Positions 21,597 through 32,182 of a stretch of 36,837 bases of DNA are shown here, piece by piece. The stretch lies in IMG/VR virus record IMGVR_UViG_2541047941_000005; one strand, 5' to 3'. Position 1 is the first letter of the stretch. Each line of letters begins with the position of its first letter. The stretch comes from a virus (taxonomy: Duplodnaviria > Heunggongvirae > Uroviricota > Caudoviricetes). A program made the translations under genes and the position numbers. The notes beneath the pieces are model-generated. The model was not told the origin of the DNA and did no database searches. It saw only the letters and a program-made list of their open reading frames with translations.

Positions 21597-23105
21597 TTAT
21601 TCTTCGGACTGGTCGTCGGTGTGCTGCGGCTCCTGTCGTTTCGTTGCGGCACTACTGCCTCCTTTATCACTGGCCGGATCGGTATCAAATACCAGATCCA
21701 GATTGCGGTTTTCATCAATTTCGGCCTTGCGCCGACGTTTGACATCATCCGGATTACGACCACCAGCACGTACCCAGTCTGATTCTGTCGCCGCTCCACC
21801 ACGAATCTGGATTTTCCAGGCCTCAGCCTCCTTAACAGGGTCAATCCACGGCATCACTGGTCCGGAATACACCGCGGTATACAGTGAAGAACGGTCAAGA
21901 TCGCGGGGTAGCCTGATAACACCGGATGCCACAGCCTGTTTCAGCCATGCACGATACATCGGGCGGGTGACGGCACCAATAAACCAGTCCTGCAGGATCA
22001 GGTAGCCATCAGTGGATTCAACCAGCTCCTGACGCTGGGCGCTGTAAGTGCCGTTATAGTTGCGCGCTGTACTGGAAAAACTCAGACGACTGCCCGCCGC
22101 CACGGCACGCAACTGACCATTACGAAAAGTTTCAAGGTTAGGATTGGGGCGATCCGACTTCACCATTCCGATTTCTTCGCCGGGTTTCAGATCGTCGTAA
22201 ATAATGCCCGGCTGAATGGTAAGCTCACGTTCATTCTCCTTTCTGCCATTACCATCCGGTTCATAGCTCTGCCCGTCGCCTTTCCGGATGTACATCCCCA
22301 GAGCAGCGGCGATCCTTGCTGCAGTCAGCTCAGAATCTTCATATTCTTTCAGGGCACTGAGGCGGATCAGCACACCGGACAACAAAGACGTCCCGCGCAT
22401 CTGGTGCAGACGGCGAACAAATTTAAGATGCAGCATTCGCTCTGCATCCACTTCTTTGGTTTCCATCTGCCGTCCGGATACGGGACGGCTTTTATACACC
22501 AGATATTTTTCGGGACGCCCCCAGTCATCAACAAACACGCCCTGATTCAGCCTGTTGCTCTCATCACTGGTCATGGGAATAAAGTCCGGCTCGAGCGCCT
22601 CCAGCCAGAAATGAACACCGGCAGAAGGCGCCAGGCTGTTTATGCGCCCGGAAACCATCTGGGCAAACACCTCACCATCGCGCAGCCAGGTACGAAGCAT
22701 CAGACGTTCCAGCATCGGACGGGTAAACTGCCCGGTGACTTCCGGGCTGACAGACCATTCATTCCATCGGGTGCGAATCTCCGCAGCCAGGTCACGGGCA
22801 ATGGCCCCATTGCGTAATACCGGATGTGGCTCGACAATAATCCCGTTTTTCCCCACCACCCGTTCTTCCAGCTTGTCAAATACACCAATAACCAGATCGT
22901 GGTTGTTATCAAGGTAACGGGCCTGCTCACGTAACGACACGGCCCCGTACTGGCTTAACTGGTCGGCAGTTCGGTTCTCCCGTCGGGCTTTGTGTGTCCG
23001 CGTCGTTTTTACGGCCTCATAAGCCTGGATCACCGCACGGGAACGCAGCCTTGCCGCTTTCCATCCTGGTGAAAAAACGCCAATCACATCATCAAGAATT
23101 GCCAT
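21597..23105 (-). CDS. B: Portal protein (lambda B-like), about 502 aa
   Basis: Position after W; ATG overlaps W stop (TGATG); lambda-portal-like sequence. Confidence 0.9.
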   Translation of the reverse strand: MAILDDVIGVFSPGWKAARLRSRAVIQAYEAVKTTRTHKARRENRTADQLSQYGAVSLREQARYLDNNHDLVIGVFDKLEERVVGKNGIIVEPHPVLRNGAIARDLAAEIRTRWNEWSVSPEVTGQFTRPMLERLMLRTWLRDGEVFAQMVSGRINSLAPSAGVHFWLEALEPDFIPMTSDESNRLNQGVFVDDWGRPEKYLVYKSRPVSGRQMETKEVDAERMLHLKFVRRLHQMRGTSLLSGVLIRLSALKEYEDSELTAARIAAALGMYIRKGDGQSYEPDGNGRKENERELTIQPGIIYDDLKPGEEIGMVKSDRPNPNLETFRNGQLRAVAAGSRLSFSSTARNYNGTYSAQRQELVESTDGYLILQDWFIGAVTRPMYRAWLKQAVASGVIRLPRDLDRSSLYTAVYSGPVMPWIDPVKEAEAWKIQIRGGAATESDWVRAGGRNPDDVKRRRKAEIDENRNLDLVFDTDPASDKGGSSAATKRQEPQHTDDQSEE

Positions 23106-23317
23106 CAGAACCTCGCCAGCCGGTACCCGGGATGCCCCCGTCGTCGTGTAATCAGAGCCGCAAGGCGGCGCTCCCACTCCTGCCGTCCCTGCCGGATCTC
23201 AGATAAGTTTTCCATGGTCATCTGCTGACCATTAAAGGTGACGGATTTTCCGTCCAGCACCGCCATTTCAGCTTCCGTATAACGCTGAATCATGGCTTCG
23301 ATATCATTCTGGTTCAT
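23105..23317 (-). CDS. W: Head-tail joining protein W (70 aa)
   Basis: C-terminus ...ITRRRGHPGYRLARF resembles lambda W ...RRRGPAGFYV; GGAGG Shine-Dalgarno; ATG overlaps terminase stop (ATGA). Confidence 0.8.
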   Translation of the reverse strand: MNQNDIEAMIQRYTEAEMAVLDGKSVTFNGQQMTMENLSEIRQGRQEWERRLAALITRRRGHPGYRLARF

Positions 23318-25413
23318 AACCATCCTCCGGAAGTCAGCCAGGGGTTAACATCGTCAGTTACTGTTTTCTTCCGTTTTTGTTTTTTAACAGGCGTGGATAC
23401 CGGTTCCGGTGAGGATGACGGTTCGGTACTGTCCTGGACACACTCCAGCCAGGTCTCCCGGCTCGCCCACTCCGGTGCATCCGGCCAGCGGATCTTTTCG
23501 TATCCATGCAGAATGACCAGAGCCTCGGCATACACCATCAGGTCAAAAGCTTCGTTGGCACCGCGACCCGGCTTACTCCATTTCCCGTCACTGCTCCGCT
23601 CTTCATACATCAGTTCGTCGTAAAACCAGCTCCCCAGCCAGTCAGGGAAATGCACATAGCCTGGACCTGGCGAGTCACGCCATAACGCGTTATTCACCCG
23701 GTCTTTCAGGGCATCCGTCTGAAGAAGCCAGAGCGGCACATCACCTGCGGCCTGCGCCCGGCGGCCCGTTCGTCCGGTGTTATCAGGGAATGTACGGCTG
23801 ATCAGTTTTGCGCGCCGGATGCTGTCACCCTTAAACAGGTAAATACGTTTACCAAGGCCATCACGACGGCAACGACGCCAGAATTTATAGGCATTATCAG
23901 TGACCCCGTCTTCACCGCCGGAGTCCACCGCCATTGCCATCAGTCGCATTTGTTGAGAAGGATCGGAGGCCAGCGGCCAGCTTTTATGAAAAACATCCGT
24001 CAGCAGGACATCCCAGTCTTCCGGATAGCTGGCCGGATCAATTCGCTGGCTCTCCCCGTCGCAGTCACTGCGCAATGACTGCGTGATGTTGTAACGATCA
24101 ATAATCCAGCGTTCGCCACGACTGCCATAGCCCGTTACCTGAACCACAAAACGGCGATGACGTCCCGCCTGCACATCCACTGTCGCCACAAGGAAATTAA
24201 CGCCATCCGGCACACTGCGGGAAGGAACTGGCTCTGCCCGCTGCTCAAGCAGTTCACTTTTTCGTTGCTCCATGCTGGCACGAGGAAGATAAGGCAATCC
24301 CCAGTCGGTGTTGATAACCGCCCTGAGTGTTTCTTCGCTTCCTGTCGCTTCATACTCCTGTTCTGCAGTCAGTAATTTGTAAACCAGTTGCGCCCAGGTC
24401 TGATACGCAGCAGCTGGCCCTTCCATCCAGAAACTGGCGATACGGGAGCGGCGCGGTTCACCGGAAACGTTGCCGTTACGATCAATGACCTGACCTTCAC
24501 GCAACCAGACTCCTGCACTATTGAGCTCACGCTTTTTCTCCGCAGTGATAATGCCGCTGCAGTGCGGGCAAAGTAGATACGCCGCCTCACTGGCTTTAAA
24601 GGGATCCGGTTCATTACGGTAGCCGGTCATGGCATCCATGGCTGGCTGAAAATATTCACCGCAGTGCGGACATGACCAGTACCAGCGGCGGCGGTCACCA
24701 CGATTGTAAAGGGAAAGAATACCAGTCGTCGGTGGCGCTTCATGAGGCGACTTACGTCGCCATTTGCTGTCGCAGATGTCACGTCCCGGCGAGCTCTCCA
24801 CCAGAGTCATCCCGGCGGACATAAATGTGGTGGTACGTTTTGAGGCCAGGGAGAAACCATCACCCTCGCTGTCGATATTCTCCGGAAAACGGTCGTAATC
24901 GGTTAAGGCGACAAACCGGTAATCCGACGACGACATAATGTTGACCGAGGGCCAACCAATTTTAAGGAACGAGCCATCCCTGAACGTCTTATCATGGACA
25001 TTATTGTCGTTACGACGTGGACTCATTCTTTTCTTTACCGCCGCACTGCTTCTGAACGTTCTGTCGAGGCGCTTTTTAGAATGCTCGCGGGCCTTATCTT
25101 CGGTCATCTGCACAACGAGCATGTCCGAAGGATCGCAAACGATGGTATAGACAATCCATCCATCGATCAGACCAATGGTCTTCCCTGTTCGCGCAGGACC
25201 AACAAAAATCACCGCATCGTATTCACGCGATGCCAGGCAGTTCATGGGCTCAATGATGTAGGGTGTCAGTTCAGGATCCCATGGCACCGAGTTACCAGCC
25301 CCCTTGGGAACACGCATGAATTTTTTAACAGCCTCCGAAATCGGCATGCGACGTGGTGGGGAAAATCCTGCCGATATGTCCCTTCCCAAATTTCGGGCTG
25401 ATGAAAAACCCAT
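23314..25413 (-). CDS. A: Terminase large subunit (lambda A-like), 699 aa
   Basis: AGGAGG Shine-Dalgarno 4 nt upstream of ATG at 25413; Walker A-like VGPARTGKT; lambda gpA-like Cys cluster (CPHCGEYF...CPHC). Confidence 0.95.
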   Translation of the reverse strand: MGFSSARNLGRDISAGFSPPRRMPISEAVKKFMRVPKGAGNSVPWDPELTPYIIEPMNCLASREYDAVIFVGPARTGKTIGLIDGWIVYTIVCDPSDMLVVQMTEDKAREHSKKRLDRTFRSSAAVKKRMSPRRNDNNVHDKTFRDGSFLKIGWPSVNIMSSSDYRFVALTDYDRFPENIDSEGDGFSLASKRTTTFMSAGMTLVESSPGRDICDSKWRRKSPHEAPPTTGILSLYNRGDRRRWYWSCPHCGEYFQPAMDAMTGYRNEPDPFKASEAAYLLCPHCSGIITAEKKRELNSAGVWLREGQVIDRNGNVSGEPRRSRIASFWMEGPAAAYQTWAQLVYKLLTAEQEYEATGSEETLRAVINTDWGLPYLPRASMEQRKSELLEQRAEPVPSRSVPDGVNFLVATVDVQAGRHRRFVVQVTGYGSRGERWIIDRYNITQSLRSDCDGESQRIDPASYPEDWDVLLTDVFHKSWPLASDPSQQMRLMAMAVDSGGEDGVTDNAYKFWRRCRRDGLGKRIYLFKGDSIRRAKLISRTFPDNTGRTGRRAQAAGDVPLWLLQTDALKDRVNNALWRDSPGPGYVHFPDWLGSWFYDELMYEERSSDGKWSKPGRGANEAFDLMVYAEALVILHGYEKIRWPDAPEWASRETWLECVQDSTEPSSSPEPVSTPVKKQKRKKTVTDDVNPWLTSGGWL

Positions 25414-25421
25414 TATTCCTC

Positions 25422-25949
25422 CTAGAGACTCTCTCCTTCCTCATCAGGAATTAATTCAGCAGCACAAGCCTCGTAGGATTTTTCCTGAAGAGTGTATCGC
25501 AGGTCATCAATGGCCTGCTGTACAACGCCGACGGCCTGAGGAGTCAGGGCGCAATCGCGTTCAAGAACATCCGGAATTGTCTCCAGAACCTGGACGACAG
25601 CCTTTCTCATGGACGAATAGACGATGACTACTTCATCAACGGGGATGAGTTTTCGCTGCTCCTTTTCCAGCTTGATCCTTTCATTTTCAGATTGGTACCA
25701 GTCCTTTCTCTCTTTCGGCTCCATACGGGATGGATCATGAACAGAGTCTGCTGCCTCATGCTTCACACTAAACAGGGCTGGCCCGACATGCTGCAGGGCG
25801 TAAACGGGGTTCCCCCTGATAGTCGCAGCCACAGGAGTGTTGGCCGCGAGGAGCCGTTTTTTTACTGTGTCCCGGTGAAGCCCAAAGGCCTCAGCGATTT
25901 TAAAAACACTCCAGTAATAAGCATCACCGATCCCGCTCACATTTGACAT
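25422..25949 (-). CDS. Terminase small subunit (Nu1-like), about 175 aa
   Basis: Position directly upstream of terminase large subunit; N-terminal HTH-like segment; GGAG Shine-Dalgarno before ATG at 25949 (longer ORF to 25979 also possible). Confidence 0.75.
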   Translation of the reverse strand: MSNVSGIGDAYYWSVFKIAEAFGLHRDTVKKRLLAANTPVAATIRGNPVYALQHVGPALFSVKHEAADSVHDPSRMEPKERKDWYQSENERIKLEKEQRKLIPVDEVVIVYSSMRKAVVQVLETIPDVLERDCALTPQAVGVVQQAIDDLRYTLQEKSYEACAAELIPDEEGESL

Positions 25950-26133
25950 AAGCAACTCCATCTGGCAGGTGAAAATCATGTTTATTTATATATTTCAATT
26001 AATTGCAAACTGGTCTAATGACAGGGAGAAAAAAATATTGTACAGGTGAAAAGAGAAATAACTTTTAATTATCAATAAATTACCAAACATGCTGCCGCCG
26101 CCATGGAAATGCAAAAACTAGCCTTTTTCCGCG

Positions 26134-26145
26134 ACGCTCCCGCCC
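26134..26145 (-). other. Candidate cosN cohesive-end site
   Basis: Minus strand reads GGGCGGGAGCGTCGCGG, resembling lambda left end GGGCGGCGACCTCGCGG; lies ~190 bp upstream of the Nu1 start, as in lambda. Confidence 0.4.
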
Positions 26146-26174
26146 CGTGGCAGGGGCCCCCACCGGGAGGACCC

Positions 26175-26198
26175 GACAGCCTGACAGCCTGACAGCCG
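26175..26198. repeat. Three tandem copies of GACAGCCT adjacent to cos candidate
   Basis: gacagcctgacagcctgacagcc read directly. Confidence 0.6.
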
Positions 26199-26333
26199 TG
26201 ATGAGCATCTGATACAGCGCTTTACATAATGGCATAGGAATAATTCAGAAGGACATCACAGCATGCCCACACAAATTAGTGTGAGTGTCCTGTTTCTTCC
26301 TACGCACAGGACTGACGAGCATGAGGGGAAAAT

Positions 26334-26501
26334 ATGCGAACCATAAATGCCTCATCTTCAGCAATGCAACCGGCATCCGAACAGGACGATATTGTAAATT
26401 CACCTAATTACGAGGACATTGCAGTAGTTGAATTGCAGCTCTGTATTAGCCTGACAGTGACAGAATGCGATATTGACTCTGTCACAGGTGAAATAGTTTG
26501 A
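26334..26501 (+). CDS. Hypothetical small acidic protein (55 aa)
   Basis: ATG preceded by GAGGGG at 5-nt spacing; convergent with the next ORF. Confidence 0.3.
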   Translation: MRTINASSSAMQPASEQDDIVNSPNYEDIAVVELQLCISLTVTECDIDSVTGEIV

Positions 26502-26521
26502 ATGATTAGCAGTTATGGTGC

Positions 26522-26728
26522 TCAGTCAACCACCAGGGAATAATCCTTCGAATTCTTATCGTGCTTCACCAACGCTGCCTCAATTGCCCTGAATGCTTCC
26601 AGAGACACCTGATGTTCTATACATGCAATTACAACATCCGGGTAACTCATAGAAATGGTGCTATTAAGCATATTTTTTACACGAATCAGATCCAACGAGA
26701 GTTCATCAGCAGATTGTTCTTTATTCAT
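26522..26728 (-). CDS. Hypothetical protein (68 aa)
   Basis: ATG with GGAG Shine-Dalgarno at 7-nt spacing; no homolog recognised (could correspond to Qin ynfO). Confidence 0.45.
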   Translation of the reverse strand: MNKEQSADELSLDLIRVKNMLNSTISMSYPDVVIACIEHQVSLEAFRAIEAALVKHDKNSKDYSLVVD

Positions 26729-27028
26729 TTTGTCGCTCCATGCGTTTGCTCGTCATCTAGCGGTTAAAATATTACTTCAAATCTTACTGCATAAAAGAGG
26801 AAAAGTATGAAAGTTTGAGTACATCGACCTTACATACATCTGTCGGTTGCATATCCCTCCTGGATGCCAGCAAGGCTCAATTTTGTTACGCAATCAACAC
26901 TATTCATCAAAAACAGGCTTAATATTTGACATAAATCATCAACAAAACACAAAGAGGTCAGACCAGATTGAAACAATAAACACGATAATGCTAACTACGC
27001 GCCATCGTATCACATGGAAGGTTTACCA

Positions 27029-27439
27029 ATGGCTCAGGCTGCCATTTTTAAAGAAATATTCGATCAAGTGCGTAAAGATTTAAACTGTGAATTATTTTAT
27101 TCTGAGCTAAAACGTCACAATGTCTCACTTTATATTTACTATTTAGCCACAGATAATATTCACATTGTGTTAGAAAACGACAACATAGTGTTAGTAAAAG
27201 GACTCAAAAAGGTTGTAAATGTTAAATTCTCCAGAAACAAACATCTTATAGAGACCTCCTATAATAAGTTGAAATCAAAAGAAATCACATTTCAACAATA
27301 CAGGGAAAATCTTGCTAAAGCAGGAGTTTTCCGATGGGTTACAAATATCCAGGAACACCAAAGATATTACTATGCCTTTGATAACTCATTACTATTTACT
27401 GAAAGCATCCAGAAAACTACACAGATCTTACCACGCTAA
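27029..27439 (+). CDS. ydfO: DUF1398-family prophage protein YdfO (136 aa)
   Basis: Length and position between packaging and lysis modules as in Qin; GGAAGG Shine-Dalgarno. Confidence 0.7.
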   Translation: MAQAAIFKEIFDQVRKDLNCELFYSELKRHNVSLYIYYLATDNIHIVLENDNIVLVKGLKKVVNVKFSRNKHLIETSYNKLKSKEITFQQYRENLAKAGVFRWVTNIQEHQRYYYAFDNSLLFTESIQKTTQILPR

Positions 27440-27447
27440 ACCATAAC

Positions 27448-27476
27448 GTCCGGCTTCTCTCACTCCTGAGCCGGAC
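27448..27476 (+). terminator. Hairpin downstream of ydfO (weak terminator)
   Basis: gtccggct - 13-nt loop - agccggac; poor T-tract. Confidence 0.3.
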
Positions 27477-27590
27477 TGCATTGGTTTAATAAAAACCATC
27501 AACAATTGTGATTTAGATATTCGGAACCATTCAAATATAACAAAACCCCGTAAAAACGAGGTTTATGGATAAATTTTATTATTGAATACA

Positions 27591-27764
27591 TCAGATTAAA
27601 TTAATCTTGACATCATAGCTTTCAAGACCCGTCATTTTTTCCCGTGCGGTAAACTGAATACTGGTAACTTCTTTCCCGGTCTTTTTCTTAAGTTCAATAA
27701 TTTTTTTTGTTATATATTCAGAAATATCTGCTTCTGCTTTTGTTTTTAAGTTTTCAATATTCAT
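27591..27764 (-). CDS. gnsB: GnsA/GnsB-family protein (57 aa)
   Basis: Translation MNIENLKTKAEADISEYITKKIIELKKKTGKEVTSIQFTAREKMTGLESYDVKINLI; AAGAGGAA Shine-Dalgarno; below the 60-aa cutoff of the ORF track. Confidence 0.8.
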   Translation of the reverse strand: MNIENLKTKAEADISEYITKKIIELKKKTGKEVTSIQFTAREKMTGLESYDVKINLI

Positions 27765-27935
27765 CATTTCCTCTTTTAGTCTGTTATGACTTTCCAGTTA
27801 CACAGTAAGTCGATTATATGGTGCAAACGTGTAAAAGATAAGATGAAACATCGCAATAATCAACATACGATAGTCTAAATTTTACACAAACAGACAAAGA
27901 GAATTTTCCTGAATTATCAATACAATAGCATCAAA

Positions 27936-28166
27936 TCAACTCAAGAGCCTTATTGCTGCTTCCAGAATTTCTTCTGAAGTAACATGTCGATCCGCGGCTA
28001 CATAAATGACTTTATGATCTCCGGTCAGAGATGGAAACCCTGCGGCCATTACAGTAAGGTGTGTTTTTTCGCCATTTGGATATTCACGCATGATGGTGTT
28101 AACTCCAGTCATCGCTGGCACTACCACTGCTGGTTCAGAGTTAAAAAAAACTATGATTTTTTTCAT
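27936..28166 (-). CDS. Hypothetical protein (76 aa from ATG; tracker TTG start gives 90 aa)
   Basis: Protein-like composition (MKKIIVFFNSEPAVVVPAMTGVNTIMREYPNGEKTHLTVMAAGFPSLTGDHKVIYVAADRHVTSEEILEAAIRLLS); weak Shine-Dalgarno. Confidence 0.45.
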   Translation of the reverse strand: MKKIIVFFNSEPAVVVPAMTGVNTIMREYPNGEKTHLTVMAAGFPSLTGDHKVIYVAADRHVTSEEILEAAIRLLS

Positions 28167-28210
28167 GATGTTACCGTAGTATGTGAGTATCCATCGAATA
28201 GATACCAAGC

Positions 28211-28231
28211 AAAAAAGCTCCCGAAGGAGCC
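28211..28231 (-). terminator. Rho-independent terminator downstream of cspI
   Basis: Minus strand ggctcc-ttcg-ggagc followed by TTTTTT. Confidence 0.55.
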
Positions 28232-28437
28232 TTCATTTTCACTTTTTTAAATCCAACGACAGACGGCTGGCATTTAAGTATTGTGAAATATTATCAAATG
28301 TAATCATCATTGATTTACAAAAGATACATTTTGCCCCGAAAGGATTCATGTCAGAAACATCAAAAGATGATGTTCTATACTGGGAACCATGACAACACGG
28401 GCATCTAAAGTGAATATGGTTTGTAATATTGTCTACC

Positions 28438-28650
28438 TCAAAGCGCCACTACATGAACAGCGGCAGGACCTTTAGGTCCGTTCTCAATACCAAATTCAAC
28501 TTCCTGATTCTCAGTTAATGTTTTGAAATCGTTGCTCTGAATTGCTGAGAAATGGACAAACACATCTTTGCTGCCATCTTTCGGCGTGATGAAACCAAAA
28601 CCTTTTTCAGGGTTAAACCATTTCACTAAACCAGTCATTTTGTTAGACAT
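28438..28650 (-). CDS. cspI: Cold shock protein CspI (70 aa)
   Basis: [38 protein letters not shown]... canonical cold-shock domain with RNP motifs. Confidence 0.9.
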   Translation of the reverse strand: MSNKMTGLVKWFNPEKGFGFITPKDGSKDVFVHFSAIQSNDFKTLTENQEVEFGIENGPKGPAAVHVVAL

Positions 28651-29012
28651 AATTATTACCTTTTGAAGAAATTAGCCCTTGGGCAGAATGGTCCGAAAAA
28701 AAATATCAGAGAGAAAAACCAACAAGGAAATCTCAAGAGGTACAAATAATAAAATTATAACAATGACTGCTTCAGATAAATTTGTAACAAACCAGAACAC
28801 CATTAACGCATGATTAACCACCCATAGCAAGGATTACTTTTGTAAAGAAAAACACAGCAATGAAAGAATAGCTTTATTTATTAATAAAACGTGTCATTCT
28901 GATTAAGACCTTTTATCTTACCCTTAAGATTTCAGGAATTTTGGCTCATGGAAGAGTCCTTTTTATTTAAATTTTACATTCCGCGATGTAAATGTTCCGA
29001 TTTAATATTACC

Positions 29013-30036
<1,024 letters not shown>

Positions 30037-30040
<4 letters not shown>

Positions 30041-30348
30041 ATATATTTATGATGAGGACGCTCGTGCTTATTGGCAGGATTTTCAATCTTAAAGGAGTAC
30101 TGATGCTGCAGATAAGACTCAACTTTTTCTGACAATTTTTCTGCTACTTCCAGGAAGACTTGCCGGACGCTCCTTCTGGCTGCTGCCTCATAAAACTCCA
30201 GCGCAGCTCCTTCAACACGGTCCATGGCGACATCCAGGTCAAAAATTTCACCGTCAAAGCGTTCCTTGTCCTGTAAGGCTACAGTTACCGTAACTTTATT
30301 CTCAAAATTACGGACTCCTTTCACAACCAGTTCATAGTCTTGAGTCAT
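30037..30348 (-). CDS. ydfR: DUF1327-family protein YdfR (103 aa)
   Basis: Length and position between holin and endolysin as in Qin. Confidence 0.65.
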
Positions 30349-30352
30349 TGGA

Positions 30353-30568
30353 TTACTCTCCTCTCGCAGCCTTACGCCTGTCTTCTTTAATCTTGAAATA
30401 AAGATTTGTCAGATACGTCAGCAGGCCAAAAACCAGGCTACCCAGCACACCGATTGCAGCCCACTGTGACGGAGTTACTTTATCGAGTAACTGTAATGCC
30501 CAGAAACCAGCATTACCCGCCGATGTGCCATAGGCAACACCTGTTGTTAACTTATCCATTGATTTCAT
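30353..30568 (-). CDS. Pinholin (phage 21 S-type holin/antiholin, 71 aa, dual start MKSM)
   Basis: [71 protein letters not shown] closely resembles S21. Confidence 0.9.
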   Translation of the reverse strand: MKSMDKLTTGVAYGTSAGNAGFWALQLLDKVTPSQWAAIGVLGSLVFGLLTYLTNLYFKIKEDRRKAARGE

Positions 30569-30788
30569 ATCCTCACCCCGATGTACACGGATGGTGCAAT
30601 ATGTTTGAAAAAGATCGGAGTCTACGGGGTAGTTTTGACAGCACACGTTGTTCTCAACGGCGCTAAAGAAACATACACATTAAAAATGTGAGTAATTATT
30701 TTGAAAGAAAGTCATATATAAAATAATAATACGAGAAATGTTTTCATATTTAGTGTACTGTATACGGCCATTTATACAGGAAAAGCCT

Positions 30789-30959
30789 ATGTCAGAACGT
30801 AAAGACTCAAAATCACGCCGTAATTATCTCGTTAAATGTTCCTGCCCAAACTGCACCCAAGAGTCAGAACACAGTTTTTCAAGAGTACAAAAAGGTGCCC
30901 TTTTGATCTGCCCTCATTGCAACAAAGTATTCCAGACAAATCTTAAAGCTGTAGCCTGA
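30789..30959 (+). CDS. Small zinc-ribbon-like protein (56 aa; CSCPNC ... CPHC)
   Basis: ATG with AGGA Shine-Dalgarno; two Cys pairs; followed by terminator; antisense to the late operon. Confidence 0.4.
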   Translation: MSERKDSKSRRNYLVKCSCPNCTQESEHSFSRVQKGALLICPHCNKVFQTNLKAVA

Positions 30960-31020
30960 TTGATTTTATTAGTAACAAGTATTTTTTATATTTTAATAAT
31001 ATATTTAAAGCAGATAATAA

Positions 31021-31042
31021 AAAACCCGCCTGAGCGGGTTTG
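31021..31042. terminator. Rho-independent terminator (strong on minus strand, weaker on plus)
   Basis: aacccgc-ctga-gcgggtt; minus-strand copy is followed by TTTTTTATT. Confidence 0.6.
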
Positions 31043-31322
31043 AGATTGTGGTGCTTTTTGTGGGAGTCATCCACTTACGCACTTTGTTTTGCGATGCCAG
31101 CAGTTAGCTTCTGCTGTGAAACTATTCATGCAGCAAACCTGCACTTCACCACAATGGTTAGCATACTTTTCCTGATTAAGATTTTGCCAAATATGCTAGC
31201 CATTGTTTCATGTATTGGACCTCCTTACTTTTTATTAAAGAGATCCAATATTCACTACTCTGTCCGTATCTCTACTCAGGCATCAGCCTTCTTCGTTATC
31301 GTATACAGACGAGCGATGAATT

Positions 31323-31538
31323 TTAATCAGTAATGATGACATTTGCTGCTGCAGGACCTTTAGCACCACTCTCTATAGAGAAGGTAACCTTTTGACCTTC
31401 AAATAAGGTTCGATAATTATCATTCTGAATCGCAGAAAAATGCACAAACACATCTTTACTACCATCAACAGGAGAAATAAAGCCGAAACCTTTATCAGCG
31501 TTAAACCATTTTACTAAACCAGTCATTTTATTTGACAT
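31323..31538 (-). CDS. cspB: Cold shock protein CspB (71 aa)
   Basis: [38 protein letters not shown]... canonical cold-shock domain. Confidence 0.9.
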   Translation of the reverse strand: MSNKMTGLVKWFNADKGFGFISPVDGSKDVFVHFSAIQNDNYRTLFEGQKVTFSIESGAKGPAAANVIITD

Positions 31539-31848
31539 TCTACATTCCTTAACTTGAGCCTTTCGGCATAAATGGTTTGCATAACAGAAACGACTTCGTA
31601 CTTAATTGGAGAGACTCAAAGAAGGAATAAGTGAATAACACCTGAAATGAGAACTGCTTTAGTAAACTACTTCGTATATCGTCTGTTCTTCAAACCGACG
31701 CAGTCATTAACTCATAGTTGAACATATGAAGCAATGTTTATTTTAGACATCCAGCCACCTTCAATCCTATCAAAAAAGTAGTTTTCTCCAGGAACGTGTG
31801 TATGGTGCACCAGGTTATCAGTATTAAGGAGTTTTTCTGTCCCCTAAA

Positions 31849-32045
31849 ATGACAGGAATTGTCAAAAACTTTGACTACAAAAGCAGCAAAGGTCTTATAT
31901 TCCCATCCGATGGCGTATCGATGCCCAGCTTCACGTTTCAGCTCTCAATCTTCGAGATGCAGAAGAAATTACCACAGGATTACGCGTGGAATTTTGCTGG
32001 ATAAATGGTTCGCGTGGACCTTCAACTGCCAATGTTTATCCCGGG
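31849..32045 (+). pseudogene. cspF: cspF-like cold shock gene with internal frameshift
   Basis: Cold-shock domain N-terminus ([22 protein letters not shown]) in one frame and its continuation ([42 protein letters not shown]) in another; a 1-nt indel near 31913-31917 and loss of the expected stop. Confidence 0.6.
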
Positions 32046-32083
32046 ATGAGATTCAATATCTCTATTGCCCCATTTAAAGCACA

Positions 32084-32112
32084 AAAACCCGCTTATAAGC
32101 GGGTTTTCTACT
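32084..32112. terminator. Bidirectional rho-independent terminator (candidate tR' on minus strand; also ends cspF on plus strand)
   Basis: aaacccgctt-ataa-gcgggttt flanked by A-run upstream and T-run downstream. Confidence 0.6.
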
Positions 32113-32153
32113 TTTTTCTAAACGTCGGATACACAAAGCCCATCGTTGAGAAA

Positions 32154-32182
32154 ATCTTATCCATGTTTTTTGAAAAATGCAA
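32154..32182 (-). promoter_or_regulatory. Candidate late promoter pR' (TTGCAT-N17-TAAGAT) just downstream of Q
   Basis: Sigma70-like -35/-10 on minus strand; terminator about 50 nt downstream. Confidence 0.4.

Noticed and set aside
26175-26198. Possible CRISPR-like repeat
   Set aside because: Only three 8-bp tandem units with no spacers; far too short for a CRISPR array; more likely a cos-associated element.
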